Positions 30,608 through 40,926 of a stretch of 64,000 nt of DNA are shown here, in pieces. The DNA lies in IMG/VR virus record IMGVR_UViG_3300015608_004663. One strand, written 5' to 3'. The notes beneath the pieces are model-generated. The model searched no databases and had not been told where the DNA came from. It was given only the letters and a program-made list of their open reading frames with translations. Source of the DNA: an uncultured virus (IMG/VR IMGVR_UViG_3300015608_004663). Its lineage: Duplodnaviria > Heunggongvirae > Uroviricota > Caudoviricetes. Each line of letters begins with the position of its first letter. Within the stretch, counting starts at the first letter, position 1. The position numbers and the translations under genes were made by a program.

Positions 30608-31942
30608 TTAGTGAACATACACAACAACGACGCCGTTAGCTCCTGCGCCGCCTGCGCCACTATTAGCACCATTGTTTGAACCCCCACCACCACCGCCACC
30701 GCCGCCGTACAAACCTCCAGCTCCACCAGATCCAGCTGCAGCAACACCAGCTGAAGCGGCGCCACCGCCCCCGCCAGCACCAGGTGTGTAAACAATTGTG
30801 CCGCCGCCAGCGCCTCCAGCACCTGATGGCGCTGTTCCACCAGTACCGCTAGAAATACCGCCAACGCTAAACGGCGTTGAACCGCGGCCGCCATCTCGCG
30901 CTGTAACAGTATTATATCCTCCCCCTCCTCCTCCTCCGCCGCCGCCCGCGCTCGTTGCAACGCTTTCATTGCCTGCGCCCTGAGCACCTGCGCCTGGTAT
31001 GTTTCCAGCAAACATACCAGATCCACCAGTTCCAGTTGAGCTACCTGCTGCGCCGCCCAGCGGACCCTCGCCGCCGCCGTTTGCAGTTACATAATTTCCA
31101 AATGATGATGCATCTCCAGCAGTACCATTATTACCGTCAGTTTCGTTAGTAGACACAGCTGTCGCGCCAGATCCGCCTGTTCCAACTGTCACAGTAACAG
31201 ATGAGCTTAATATCGAAAGAGGTAAGCAAGCACGAGCGTATCCTCCGCCACCGCCGCCTGAACCACCACCAGCGGGTGAGCCGCGGCGACCGCTTCCTCC
31301 TCCACCGCCGCCGCCGATGCACACAACTTCTACGAACGTTCCAAAACTTGGTTTAGTCCAAACGCTTGACGATGTAAAAACCTGAACAAAGCTCATCGCT
31401 GGTAGTGAACTAGTAGAGAGCACAGTTGAACCTGATGTAACTTGCCCATACTGATTCACCGCGACAAGCGCGTAGGTCCCTGCCAGAGCAGCAGAGCCTG
31501 TTGTGCCACCAGTGACTCGCCCAAATGAATCCACACTAACTGGAGAGAAAGTTCCTGGTGTCAGTGACACAGACGATCCAGACGTAACTAGGCCTTGCGC
31601 ATTTACTGTAACAGCTGAATACGCGCCTGGCGTTGCACTTGTTGCTGAACCTGATGTTACGCGACCGTACTGATCAACAGACACAACTGTGTAAACAGAT
31701 GCAGAAACAACTGTTTTCAGATCAACGCTTGTTAATTTATTGACTGTGTCATCAAGAACAGAGAAACGTGGCGAAAAACTTAGCACAGTTCTCTGAAACA
31801 GATTTGTGCTGCCAGAAGCAACAAATCCATATGCACCAGTCGTAGCTGTAACTGCTGCATCGTAATACTGCGGTCTTAAAAATGGATAAGTTTTTCGTCT
31901 TCGAGAAGCATCATTCAACATGCTGCTTATAAATAGCAGCAC
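30608..31942 (-). CDS. fibre protein with GRVT repeats and glycine-rich C-terminal domain
   Basis: Four repeats [YF]..V.V[DN]..G.VT[SG]G; W.KP......V..IGGGGGG and GA.GVVVVY ends. Confidence 0.75.
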   Translation of the reverse strand: MLLFISSMLNDASRRRKTYPFLRPQYYDAAVTATTGAYGFVASGSTNLFQRTVLSFSPRFSVLDDTVNKLTSVDLKTVVSASVYTVVSVDQYGRVTSGSATSATPGAYSAVTVNAQGLVTSGSSVSLTPGTFSPVSVDSFGRVTGGTTGSAALAGTYALVAVNQYGQVTSGSTVLSTSSLPAMSFVQVFTSSSVWTKPSFGTFVEVVCIGGGGGGGSGRRGSPAGGGSGGGGGGYARACLPLSILSSSVTVTVGTGGSGATAVSTNETDGNNGTAGDASSFGNYVTANGGGEGPLGGAAGSSTGTGGSGMFAGNIPGAGAQGAGNESVATSAGGGGGGGGGGYNTVTARDGGRGSTPFSVGGISSGTGGTAPSGAGGAGGGTIVYTPGAGGGGGAASAGVAAAGSGGAGGLYGGGGGGGGGSNNGANSGAGGAGANGVVVVYVH

Positions 31943-31967
31943 ACAGCAAATTGAATAGCAGCGATGC

Positions 31968-32393
31968 TTATGAATAAACTGTGACTGAACCTGACACTGA
32001 AGCTAAGCACCAAGATACGCCGCTTGATCTGAACGATACAAAACCGCCAGCAGGGATAACGCAAACTGAGCCGCGTGACGTACCGTTAGTAAGAACGAAT
32101 GTTTTTCCTGCGTAAGCTCCAGATAGAACGCACTGATTTGTTCCGATCTCAGATACGTGCAAAACAGAACCGGGAAATGATGCTGGATTTGGAACTGTGA
32201 ACAAAGATCCAGAAGCTGCGGCTCCTGTCACAAAGTAAAATCCGGGTTTTGTTGCAACGTATGCGCTCGCTGTGTTTGTGCTGATGAACGCATCACCGCC
32301 GAGGTGGCGCTGCGGAACTTCAACGATAAACGCAGATGCAACTGATGGCTCTGAAATCACACCAGCTTGAGTAACTCTAGTAGTTGTTCCCAA
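31968..32393 (-). CDS. putative virion structural protein
   Basis: Ser/Gly/Thr-rich beta protein; GGAG SD, TTG start. Confidence 0.55.
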   Translation of the reverse strand: MGTTTRVTQAGVISEPSVASAFIVEVPQRHLGGDAFISTNTASAYVATKPGFYFVTGAAASGSLFTVPNPASFPGSVLHVSEIGTNQCVLSGAYAGKTFVLTNGTSRGSVCVIPAGGFVSFRSSGVSWCLASVSGSVTVYS

Positions 32394-32483
32394 AATAAAT
32401 CTCCTGTGAAATGTGTTTAAATAGATTTGTAAAATCTATCACTCGATCATTATTTATTTTGCTTTTTGCAAACAAGCACGCTC

Positions 32484-33011
32484 TTATTTTTGCAAAATCA
32501 TCATAGCTGCTTCTGGACCTGAAATTTTGTCGCCAAGTGGATTCCAGTTGCTTGTTTCGCCGATGAATGCAAATTTTGTGCCTGAATTCTGCAACTCAGA
32601 AACAAATCTCTTCACACCAGCTGACACAAGACCATAATCATGAAAAATGATCATTGTCTCGCCAGGTGTGAGCTTGCTGACGACGCACTCAAAATCACTC
32701 TTCACGCTATCGTAAGAGTGATCTGCGTCAATGAGAACAACATCCCATCTGTTGACAGGGATTGATGTCGCAGTTCCAGTGATAAAATCACAATTTTGCG
32801 CTGCTCGATTTTGAGCAAGCAATATTCTTTGGTGATCTATATCAATGCCACAGCAGCGCTTGAAGTTATGAGCAACTGATAGCAGCGTGTACCCAACATC
32901 GCAACCGATCTCAAGATAGTTTTTATCAGCGTTGCCAAAAGAAGCAATCTGATTGCGCAGTTTAGCAGTGACTGTAGTCTTGTACGTTGATTTATCAGGA
33001 TAAGTGTTCAT
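32484..33011 (-). CDS. class I SAM-dependent methyltransferase (Methyltransf_24-like)
   Basis: YLEIGC..G, GID, VLIDADHSY, IIFHDY. Confidence 0.8.
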   Translation of the reverse strand: MNTYPDKSTYKTTVTAKLRNQIASFGNADKNYLEIGCDVGYTLLSVAHNFKRCCGIDIDHQRILLAQNRAAQNCDFITGTATSIPVNRWDVVLIDADHSYDSVKSDFECVVSKLTPGETMIIFHDYGLVSAGVKRFVSELQNSGTKFAFIGETSNWNPLGDKISGPEAAMMILQK

Positions 33012-33027
33012 AAAAATATGTTACAAA

Positions 33028-33601
33028 TTAAGCGTTAGCTTTGATAGCTCGCTCTTGGCTGTGAGCATCTTTTACAGATCTGTGTCTACCCAGCAATTTT
33101 CCTTTGCGCGAGTACAAACACCAAGGCTTGCCAGATTGTGCGTCACTTTTCTTGCAGCGCTTCACAATTTCAATCACTTCTTCTTCAATGTCAGCGTATG
33201 GTGCTGCTCCGACAACGCCACCAGAAGACATTTCATCAAGATCATCTTCATAAATTGGAGCGGTGTGATAAACTGTGTGCTGCGCTGACACGATCTCGCG
33301 CAAAAAATTTAACAGAAGTTTTTAGACTCTCCAAAATAATACTTTGCTTTGCTGCTTGGCATGATCTGCTCAGACGTGACAACAAACGTGTCGCCCATCG
33401 GGAGCTCAACAAGACAGCCAGGGCCAGTAAAATCTTGCAAAGTGTTATCTGCGCGTTGAGAGACATCATCGATCAATTCAATGACTCGACATTTTTTGAA
33501 AATTCATAATCTGTCTCAACATCAATCAGATCACCAACTTCAATTTCATTTCATTCAGAATCAATTGATTTCAATGTTAATCACTTAAAATTAAATTTCA
33601 C
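33028..33601 (-). pseudogene. decayed gene(s); intact C-terminal KPWCLYSRKGKLLGRH domain
   Basis: Fragments EIEVGDLIDVETDY / RVIELIDDV...YFGES / LLNFLREIV...DEMSSGG...WCLYSRKG joined across two TGA stops and two frameshifts. Confidence 0.45.
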
Positions 33602-33622
33602 TGCTTATAACAAGTTACTTTA

Positions 33623-34086
33623 TCAAATCTTAACACCAATATCTGCCATCAGTTTCTGTAGTTTTGTATAATTGCGATTCTGCACTTTCTCATCATCAAC
33701 AAACGATTCATAATCACTGTGACCCATGTTCATCTCGTGCGCAAGATTGCTCATGTGACCAACTAGATCAAGAATTGCATCAACTCGTCGCTTACGAACA
33801 GTGATACTGGGTGGTGTTGTTCCGTTTTTAATAATGAATTCACCAGCACCGTCAACTTTTGCATTATCATAAAAAGCGTCACCAATTGCAACATCTTCAA
33901 GATATGATGCAGCTTTTCTACAGATGCAAAACTATTACGCTTAGCTGTCTCTTCACGTTGTTTCAGTATTTGCTCTACTTTATTGAGAAGATTTTGAAGA
34001 TCTTTATCTGACATACTGTCAAGATCAATTGGTGACTGGATCGCTTCTTTGATAATAGATGATAACTGTCGCGTAGAAATTCTCAT
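33623..34086 (-). pseudogene. leader-bearing gene, frameshifted in an A4 run (~33915)
   Basis: MRISTRQLSSIIKEA...FASVEK then AASYLEDVAIG...GVKI*; paralogue of 34100-34580. Confidence 0.65.
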
Positions 34087-34099
34087 ATTTCCCCTCTTG

Positions 34100-34580
34100 T
34101 TACTTTGTTTTAACAAAGCCTTTATCAAATTTAACGCCCAGTTTTGTCATCAAAGCTTCTAATTTCTTATTGTTTTTGTTTTGCTCTTGCTGCAGCTGGT
34201 CGCTTTCATAATCATCACCACGTGCTTCGATATCTGCTGCAACATTACTCATGCTACCAACTAATCTATCAATAAGAACAAGCTGCTCTGCAGCAATATC
34301 TGATGACACAAGACTGTTTTTGCTCATAAACTCTTCTGCGTCTTGCACTTTATCTTCATCATAGATCTCAAAGCCAAGTGCAACATCTTGAAGATACTCA
34401 GCTGCTTTTTGTAATGAAGTGAAATTACTGCGTCTCGCTGCGCGCTGTCGATCTTTTTAATTCAAGATCAAAACGTGACTTAAGCGACATGATATCTGCA
34501 TCAGACATGCTCTTAATATCAAGTTCTGATGACACAGCTTCTTTAATGATTGACGCAAGGCGCTTTGTAGAAATTCTCAT
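34100..34580 (-). pseudogene. leader-bearing gene, frameshifted in an A5 run (~34456)
   Basis: MRISTKRLASIIKEA...DLELK then DRQRAARRSNFTSLQKAAEYLQDVALG...LGVKFDK. Confidence 0.65.
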
Positions 34581-34649
34581 TTAATGCTCACAAATTTGTA
34601 TAATAGATATCATCATCAATTTATCAGCTTCTTCTTTTAAATGATGACA

Positions 34650-36674
34650 TCAGCTTGTAAATATCTTTTGCCATGTCAGCACAAGCTCTTTTTTAGAATC
34701 GTGCTTACCATTAACTTTAGAAAAATGATCAGGTCGCAAATCTAACTCTAGATCACGCTCAGGAGTGCGCTTCAATTTCAAGCAATGCAGCGCAGCGCAG
34801 TTCAAAAAAAGATCGGCAAGATTCACAGGCAGATGCAAAGCTAACCGCCCACCAGATTTCAAAGCTGTTTCTGCGTTTAGCAGAGTGGGAATGACATATC
34901 GATCCTTCCATGATTCAAGCGTTGAATGATCTCTCCAGCATTGCCCAGGTTCATCAAAATACTTCTCGCGATCAAAGAACGGCGGAGAAGTGAACACAGC
35001 GTCGCACGTCTCTGAATTTACAATCATCTTTTCGCTACCTGATTTTGTGACGGTAGCAGCGAAATCTGAAAGATGCTTCATAAGCTCTTCTGCAAGAGCA
35101 GAGTTGTCAGCGTGGGTCATCGTCGCAGGCTCGCAGCCGATATACGTTCCATCTGGAAACATTGCAGCAAATCCGAGCATTCGAGCTCCAAACCCAGAAG
35201 AGGGATCCCACACAGTGGGACGCGATCTGCTTTGCAAGACACCACTCCAGATCTTAGCTGCTAGCGCTGGCTGAAACCAAGACACTGCGCGGCGCTGCAC
35301 AACGCAGCCTCGCCTGATTTGCTTTGGCGTGATGTCAAACGTTTCATTTGAAACAATCTTCTTTCCATTCACTTGATACTCATACGGCTTTGAATCATTC
35401 AATCCAAGTCTGTACGCCAGAACTGCTCGCATCGCTGCTTCATCTAAGCACGAATCTGCTGGTCCTTTTGTAACGTGCCAGTAAGATCTGAACCTGCTCT
35501 TCAAACAAGAAGATCCTGCGTTTGATTTTCCCGCTCTGATATCACTTAAAGCTTCTGTGACAGATTCAGAATCTGGTGGGTAGAAAAAGCCACGATGCGC
35601 TGCGTAAGCAGTCACAAAATCAACAAGCGGTTCAAGCAGAAGCTCTTTGTCTTTGCGGTCGGTTAGCAGCAGAGCGTCACGAGTCAGCACTGAGTGATCG
35701 TCATTTTCAAACTTAAATAGACCATCTCTGACAGTTACACCATCAATCAGGCAGTGTCTAGAGGAGCTCAAGAGTGAATGTATGTCAGTTGCATCGCGCC
35801 ATCTTTTATCTGACTCTGCAAATCTGTAAACTGTGCAAGATTTAGCAGAAAACAGCAGATCTTTTCTAAGATCTGCAGCCATGTTGTGAAACTGATCTCG
35901 AGTAAAACCCGTCTTTCGATCTAGACCGTGCCAGTAATCGCCGTCAAGCTCAAAGATAGCTTTGAGCGATTTTGACCAAGCGTCAGCGCAGACGTGACGC
36001 TCATCAAAATTAAACCACTTGCTAGATTCGATGTCATCTGCTGGCAGCAGAGATCGCAGCTTTTCAACAAACTCTGCTTCGACTTTTGAAGTTCGCTTAC
36101 AATCTCTGCGAGCGTTAGCAGCTGAGATCTTTTTAGCAAATTCTTCAGTGAAGACTCTTGCGTATCGCGCATCATAATTCTCAGTCCAGCTTTTCTTTTG
36201 AGCAGCTGACATCATTGCGCGAAATTCTGGCTGCGCCCACCTCTTGTTCAGTGACGCTGCGAGATTTGCTGTGTAAGTTGGATCTTCAGCTCTGCGCTTG
36301 CTGACAGCGATTCCGATCTTTTCTTTGATCTCTGGTCTCTCTGCGTAAGCGCGCTTTATTGATGCATTTCGCTTTGCGATCTGCTCTGGAGTGAAGTTGA
36401 TCTGCTTCACGCAGAAGCCAGCTTCATTGTGACCATTGACGTACTTGTTGAATCGATACATTGTCTCGTGCCACGCTACTTCTTGGCCGCAGCCGCAGGC
36501 GCACTTTGGTGGAACGCCACCAGCGCAAAAAAATTTTAACACATAGAGCTTGATGCTATTAACATCAGAAGAGTGAGTTCTGGCTAAGTGATTGCCAAGA
36601 GATCGACGATTTGCGCAATAACGATTGCAAAGCAAGCAGACGTGATCATCAAAGATCGGATCGTGAACATTCAT
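34650..36674 (-). CDS. zinc finger + Vsr/DUF559-like endonuclease + amino-DNA-methyltransferase fusion
   Basis: CLLC...H...H, CACGCG, AD......IFELDGDYWHG, WDPSSGFGARM (motif I), FTSPPFF (motif IV). Confidence 0.75.
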   Translation of the reverse strand: MNVHDPIFDDHVCLLCNRYCANRRSLGNHLARTHSSDVNSIKLYVLKFFCAGGVPPKCACGCGQEVAWHETMYRFNKYVNGHNEAGFCVKQINFTPEQIAKRNASIKRAYAERPEIKEKIGIAVSKRRAEDPTYTANLAASLNKRWAQPEFRAMMSAAQKKSWTENYDARYARVFTEEFAKKISAANARRDCKRTSKVEAEFVEKLRSLLPADDIESSKWFNFDERHVCADAWSKSLKAIFELDGDYWHGLDRKTGFTRDQFHNMAADLRKDLLFSAKSCTVYRFAESDKRWRDATDIHSLLSSSRHCLIDGVTVRDGLFKFENDDHSVLTRDALLLTDRKDKELLLEPLVDFVTAYAAHRGFFYPPDSESVTEALSDIRAGKSNAGSSCLKSRFRSYWHVTKGPADSCLDEAAMRAVLAYRLGLNDSKPYEYQVNGKKIVSNETFDITPKQIRRGCVVQRRAVSWFQPALAAKIWSGVLQSRSRPTVWDPSSGFGARMLGFAAMFPDGTYIGCEPATMTHADNSALAEELMKHLSDFAATVTKSGSEKMIVNSETCDAVFTSPPFFDREKYFDEPGQCWRDHSTLESWKDRYVIPTLLNAETALKSGGRLALHLPVNLADLFLNCAALHCLKLKRTPERDLELDLRPDHFSKVNGKHDSKKELVLTWQKIFTS

Positions 36675-36753
36675 AGCATGAATTTATGCCACAGCAGATG
36701 AAATCGATATGATTTTATGCTACGAAATTCTTAGCGTGAGATTTGATGCTACG

Positions 36754-36799
36754 AAACAACACAAGCCATCGGCTGCAAATCCGATGGCTTGTGTTGTTT
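36754..36799 (-). terminator. 19-bp perfect stem-loop downstream of major capsid gene
   Basis: aaacaacacaagccatcgg / ctgcaaat / ccgatggcttgtgttgttt; second 8-bp hairpin at 36807-36827. Confidence 0.75.
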
Positions 36800-36837
36800 T
36801 ACAGACTGTCTGACTAGACGTCAGACACCGACGGTGA

Positions 36838-38742
36838 TTAGATGATATTCATATCCGTGACTGTGACAGTGCCATAGAAGTCTGAGCGAATCATCTTCTT
36901 TCCATAGCGCGTCATAACTCCTTTGCGCGGTGTAAAATCTTCAGGCGCAAAGATAGTTGGAGTCACGATCAGAGGAACATAAGGAGCGTAAACGTAACCA
37001 GTCTCAAGGTAGCTACCGCCTTTGTATCCAATCAAGATCTTATTTCGTGGGAAATAAGGATCTTTGTAGACTGTGAAGCGATTGCTCAATGAACCGATCT
37101 GCTCGCAACCGATTGAGAACGGACTGCCAACTTGACCCTGAGCGTCAATCGTGAGCTTTGGCTTGTAAGCTACTGAGCTCTCAATGATTGTCGCAACGTC
37201 TGGACCGACAACGATGAAGTTAGCTGATCCACGGAGCGTCTTACGATGAATCGTGTTGCCAACATCAATGATGGTCTCAACCAGCGTCTCATACCACTCG
37301 CGAACTGTGCCAGTGAACTGCGGTCCGATTGACAGCGTTGTTGCAAGATTGATTGGAGCGCCAGACAGCTTGTTAACAAACTTACCTGGAGCGCGACTCC
37401 AATAAAGTCTTGCACCGTTTGCTTGGGTGACAAGATCATTCAAGATCTCGCGATCAATCTCAAGCGCAATCTGCTGCGATAGAATAGAAGTCAGTTCAAC
37501 TTCTGCATCCATCGAGTGATACGCGTTCAGATCTTGAGCAAGCTCTGGTGACCAGCGAGCGCGCAGCTTGCGAGTCGTAGCAGTGATCGGGATTGATTCA
37601 ATCTTGATATCAATCTCTGGGATAGCTGGTGATGGCGTTGAACCAAAATCAGACTCAAATGACGGAATGGTCAGAGTCGCACCAGTTGAATCGCCAGCTT
37701 GCAGTGAATCTGCGATCGCCATGCTAAACCAAGAAGCAGCAGTTGCCATAGCTGGAACAGCTGAACCAGTCGCAAGCTTGATTACAGTCTGAATGTGAGT
37801 GCCATTCAGCGCGTCATTCGTGAATGATGAACCATTCCAATTACCACGACGATTCAGTCTGCGAAGGTTAAGAATTCCATTACCTGACTGGTAAGTTTCA
37901 CCCCACGCTGTTGCGCCATTGTTTGTCGCAAACTTTGTGATAGCGATCTGCTCAGCAGATAAGAAATCGCCCTTCGGGATCAGAGCTTGCATCGCTGCGA
38001 TGCTAAGATAAACAAAGCAGTAATTCAGAACGCCGTCAGCGACATCTTGCGTGACTTGATCATCAAAAGAGATGTGTCGCGCATTTGATCCGCTGATAGA
38101 CGCTGCGCTGTTAACAACGCCACCCACAGTCCATGCATCATTCACACCAGTGTAAGCACCGATATCAAGACTTGATCCTGACAAGCTGTGTGAACCAGAG
38201 TGAACTCGCGAGTAACCGACGTTCACAAGATCATACAAACCACCAGCGCCAAGAGAGCCCGATTGAACACCCTTGCCCGCAGGATTGTTGAACAGTGACT
38301 GTCCTTTTGCGTAAGTCTCTTGCGTTGCTGCGTCACTCAAGCCAAGACCAGCTTCGCCACCAACGTTTGAACCGTAAGTGTAATCAAGATAAAAGATCAG
38401 ACCTGATGGTAGAGCCATAGGCTGAATTGACACGATCTCGTTTGCAACGAGAGCGCCGAAAACACGACGAACGATAGGGAACGCAATGTTTGAAAATCCA
38501 TTGATGTTACCCGTTGAAGTCATGTTTGCGCCACCAGTGCTTAGCGCTGCACCTTCACGCAAGATCTGCGCCGCTTGATTCTCAAGCAATTGCGCCATAT
38601 TCTCGCGCATAGTTGAATCAAGACCGCGCAGAAGACCAGTAGCTGACCACTTTTCAGTCAAGCGCTTGCGCTCTTGACCAACGTGCTTCTCTTTTATACC
38701 AGAGAGCAGTTTATTAACACTAACATTTGCCATTTGTTTCAC
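36838..38742 (-). CDS. major capsid protein (T4 gp23-like)
   Basis: LLENQ, FPIVRRVF, VSIQPM..PSGLIFYL, TRKLRARWSPELAQDL.AYH..DAE, EIDREI, YAPYVPL, F.PRKG.MTRYG. Confidence 0.97.
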   Translation of the reverse strand: MKQMANVSVNKLLSGIKEKHVGQERKRLTEKWSATGLLRGLDSTMRENMAQLLENQAAQILREGAALSTGGANMTSTGNINGFSNIAFPIVRRVFGALVANEIVSIQPMALPSGLIFYLDYTYGSNVGGEAGLGLSDAATQETYAKGQSLFNNPAGKGVQSGSLGAGGLYDLVNVGYSRVHSGSHSLSGSSLDIGAYTGVNDAWTVGGVVNSAASISGSNARHISFDDQVTQDVADGVLNYCFVYLSIAAMQALIPKGDFLSAEQIAITKFATNNGATAWGETYQSGNGILNLRRLNRRGNWNGSSFTNDALNGTHIQTVIKLATGSAVPAMATAASWFSMAIADSLQAGDSTGATLTIPSFESDFGSTPSPAIPEIDIKIESIPITATTRKLRARWSPELAQDLNAYHSMDAEVELTSILSQQIALEIDREILNDLVTQANGARLYWSRAPGKFVNKLSGAPINLATTLSIGPQFTGTVREWYETLVETIIDVGNTIHRKTLRGSANFIVVGPDVATIIESSVAYKPKLTIDAQGQVGSPFSIGCEQIGSLSNRFTVYKDPYFPRNKILIGYKGGSYLETGYVYAPYVPLIVTPTIFAPEDFTPRKGVMTRYGKKMIRSDFYGTVTVTDMNII

Positions 38743-38759
38743 CTTTATGAATGTAGAGA

Positions 38760-40322
38760 TTAACTATTTAAGCCCGCTAGCAAACTCCAGCGCGCTGCAT
38801 CTACGCTTTCTGTGATCGTTGAAGAACTAGAGCCAGTAGTTCTTGACGCTGCTCCATTGTGACGGTGCATCGTTCTGCTCTCAGATAGAGTTGAACGACT
38901 GTCAAGCAAGCTAACGACGCTCTCAAAGATCACTTTAACTTCTCTTACTGTTTTTGCTCTTGACAAACGAGCAAGAGAATCTCGCTTCTGTGAATTTGAC
39001 AGATCGCCTCTTAACAGGAGCTTGTTTGCGTAAGCTAGTTGTGCATTGTTCAGATTAGCTTCTGCTAATTGTGTTCTTGCTTCAGACAAGTGTCTTGAAG
39101 CACTACTAACACGCTTCGCAGCGATATTCGCTGGTCTTGCTCGATCTCTAGAGATCGGTGAAACACGAGAGAGAGATTCAATTCTTGCTCTGCACTCGCG
39201 ATAAAGTTTAATATTGCCTTTGCGGAGAGCTTCTTGCTTAACAGAGCGCAACTTTGATACGCTTCTCTCAGACATAACATCAATGTCAGTTAGCGGATCA
39301 CCCTCTTCTTCACCATCACCAAAAGAGTCTGCGTCGCCAGGACCCATACCACGATTGTCTGGTCTAGCTTCAGCTTCTCTAACAGCGCGCATTCTAGATA
39401 GCTCAGCTCTAATCTCTGATTCATCAATCTCGATCATCTCATCATCATCTGTATCAAGCTTGATAGTTTCATTCTTCTCTTCTTCTTCGTCTTCAGAGTC
39501 ATCACCCTCTTCTGAACTGAAGTCTAGAGTCTCTTCATCAGATTCAGTGTCTGCACTGGTGTCTGCACCAGTATCTTCTGAAGATTCTTCATCAGAAGAA
39601 GCGTCTGAATCAGTTTCAATCTCTACGCCAACGTCGTCAAAATTAACATCATCTGGCATTCCAGTTAACTTCAAGCTGATATCATTTTCTCGCAGTGTTT
39701 TTGCCATTACAATTTCTCCAACAGCTAATTGAGCTAAGCTATTTTTAAGCGCTTCACTTAAGCGCTTCTTCGTCGCATCATTTTTAGCATCATTAGCACT
39801 GATCTGTGTGTACATATCAGCCATGTGCGCTTTTAGCTCTTGCAAATGAGCAGCAAATGCTGAAGATTTCTTTGCGATCTTTGCATTAAGCATTCGATTT
39901 GCTTTCGCGCAGGCTTCTGTGACAGCGTTCTCAAGCTCTGAGAGAGATTCTTCATCTGTCAGTATGTTTTCATCATCATCATCTTCGCCTTCAACAGTTG
40001 AAGGTGGCATCGATGGTGGCGGAGCAGATGGAATAATTGGAACTGTGATCTGCTCAGTGTTTGGGATCACTGGTTGCTGAGTTAGCGTGCTAGTGTCGAC
40101 TGCGGGCGTGACTGTGAGCACAACATTACCAGACGAATCTGGTTCTGTCAGCTTGACATCAAGATCATCTGCAAACTCTGGTTGATCTGCACCCACAATC
40201 TCTGCTTCAATTAATTGTCTGATCTGTGGCATCACGCTGCGTAGCAGAGATGTTTTAGCTCTTTCTTCAGCTATCTCAACATACTTTTTAGTATCATTGA
40301 CTGCTTGTTCGTAAACGCTCAT
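38760..40322 (-). CDS. prohead core / scaffold protein (gp22-like)
   Basis: Acidic centre, many [LIV]-x-E sites, NL.NA.L.Y.NKL, EVK..FE, C-terminal RW..LAGL; directly upstream of capsid gene. Confidence 0.75.
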   Translation of the reverse strand: MSVYEQAVNDTKKYVEIAEERAKTSLLRSVMPQIRQLIEAEIVGADQPEFADDLDVKLTEPDSSGNVVLTVTPAVDTSTLTQQPVIPNTEQITVPIIPSAPPPSMPPSTVEGEDDDDENILTDEESLSELENAVTEACAKANRMLNAKIAKKSSAFAAHLQELKAHMADMYTQISANDAKNDATKKRLSEALKNSLAQLAVGEIVMAKTLRENDISLKLTGMPDDVNFDDVGVEIETDSDASSDEESSEDTGADTSADTESDEETLDFSSEEGDDSEDEEEEKNETIKLDTDDDEMIEIDESEIRAELSRMRAVREAEARPDNRGMGPGDADSFGDGEEEGDPLTDIDVMSERSVSKLRSVKQEALRKGNIKLYRECRARIESLSRVSPISRDRARPANIAAKRVSSASRHLSEARTQLAEANLNNAQLAYANKLLLRGDLSNSQKRDSLARLSRAKTVREVKVIFESVVSLLDSRSTLSESRTMHRHNGAASRTTGSSSSTITESVDAARWSLLAGLNS

Positions 40323-40831
40323 GTTATGTTGTGCTTTCCAAATTGTAATGTTTCTCTAGTAGAATCAAGCTTAAGAGACCCAATCTCTGGACCAGTCGTA
40401 GACGGACTTATAGTTCCGTTAGTACCAATAACTACTGACGGTCTAACATCAGATGCCAGCAACCCGGGATCTGCTGATCTTGTTGGATCCACGTTTGTTG
40501 CCACTGTATCTCCAACGCCAGCAGGATCAGCACCTGGAGAGACGACGTTTGGTGAAAACGGCGTCATTGGCAAACCTTTGTTTGGATCTGTAGCGCTTGT
40601 TTTTGTTTGAGACAGATCTGGACCAGCGCTAAAATCAAATTGAACTCGTGGCATGAGAACTGGATCACCTGATTGCACGCGAGGAATCAATTTTTCATTT
40701 GCAATAGCGATCAACTTCTCATGCGTCAAGCTGCCGTCTTGCTGTGGATCTGACGGAAATGTTTTTGCTAATAAAACATTTTTTTTGCGTAAGTTACTGA
40801 CAACAGTACCATATCTTCCCGCACCGGGCAT
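40319..40831 (-). CDS. hypothetical proline-rich head-region protein
   Basis: 170-aa co-oriented ORF with ATGA overlap into scaffold gene. Confidence 0.6.
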   Translation of the reverse strand: MPGAGRYGTVVSNLRKKNVLLAKTFPSDPQQDGSLTHEKLIAIANEKLIPRVQSGDPVLMPRVQFDFSAGPDLSQTKTSATDPNKGLPMTPFSPNVVSPGADPAGVGDTVATNVDPTRSADPGLLASDVRPSVVIGTNGTISPSTTGPEIGSLKLDSTRETLQFGKHNIT

Positions 40832-40926
40832 ATTTACACATCTTTCAAACTGTAATTATGTAGCTCAAATTTATTTCTAACAAGATCAGCAGCTGAGTAC
40901 TCTTACGCAAACTTATATCTGCAACA

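Noticed and set aside
30589..31026. 145-aa alternative-frame ORF inside the glycine-rich fibre gene
   Set aside because: Shadow of GGN codon runs; no independent support
31928..31935. Exact T4 late promoter TATAAATA
   Set aside because: It lies on the + strand, opposite to the genes, in the loop of a short hairpin; single occurrence
16980..33601. Stop-codon reassignment (in-frame TAG at 17100; TGA at ~19211 and ~33550-33580)
   Set aside because: All long core genes are open in the standard code and TAG, TGA and TAA all terminate well-defined genes; the internal stops lie only in decayed accessory genes
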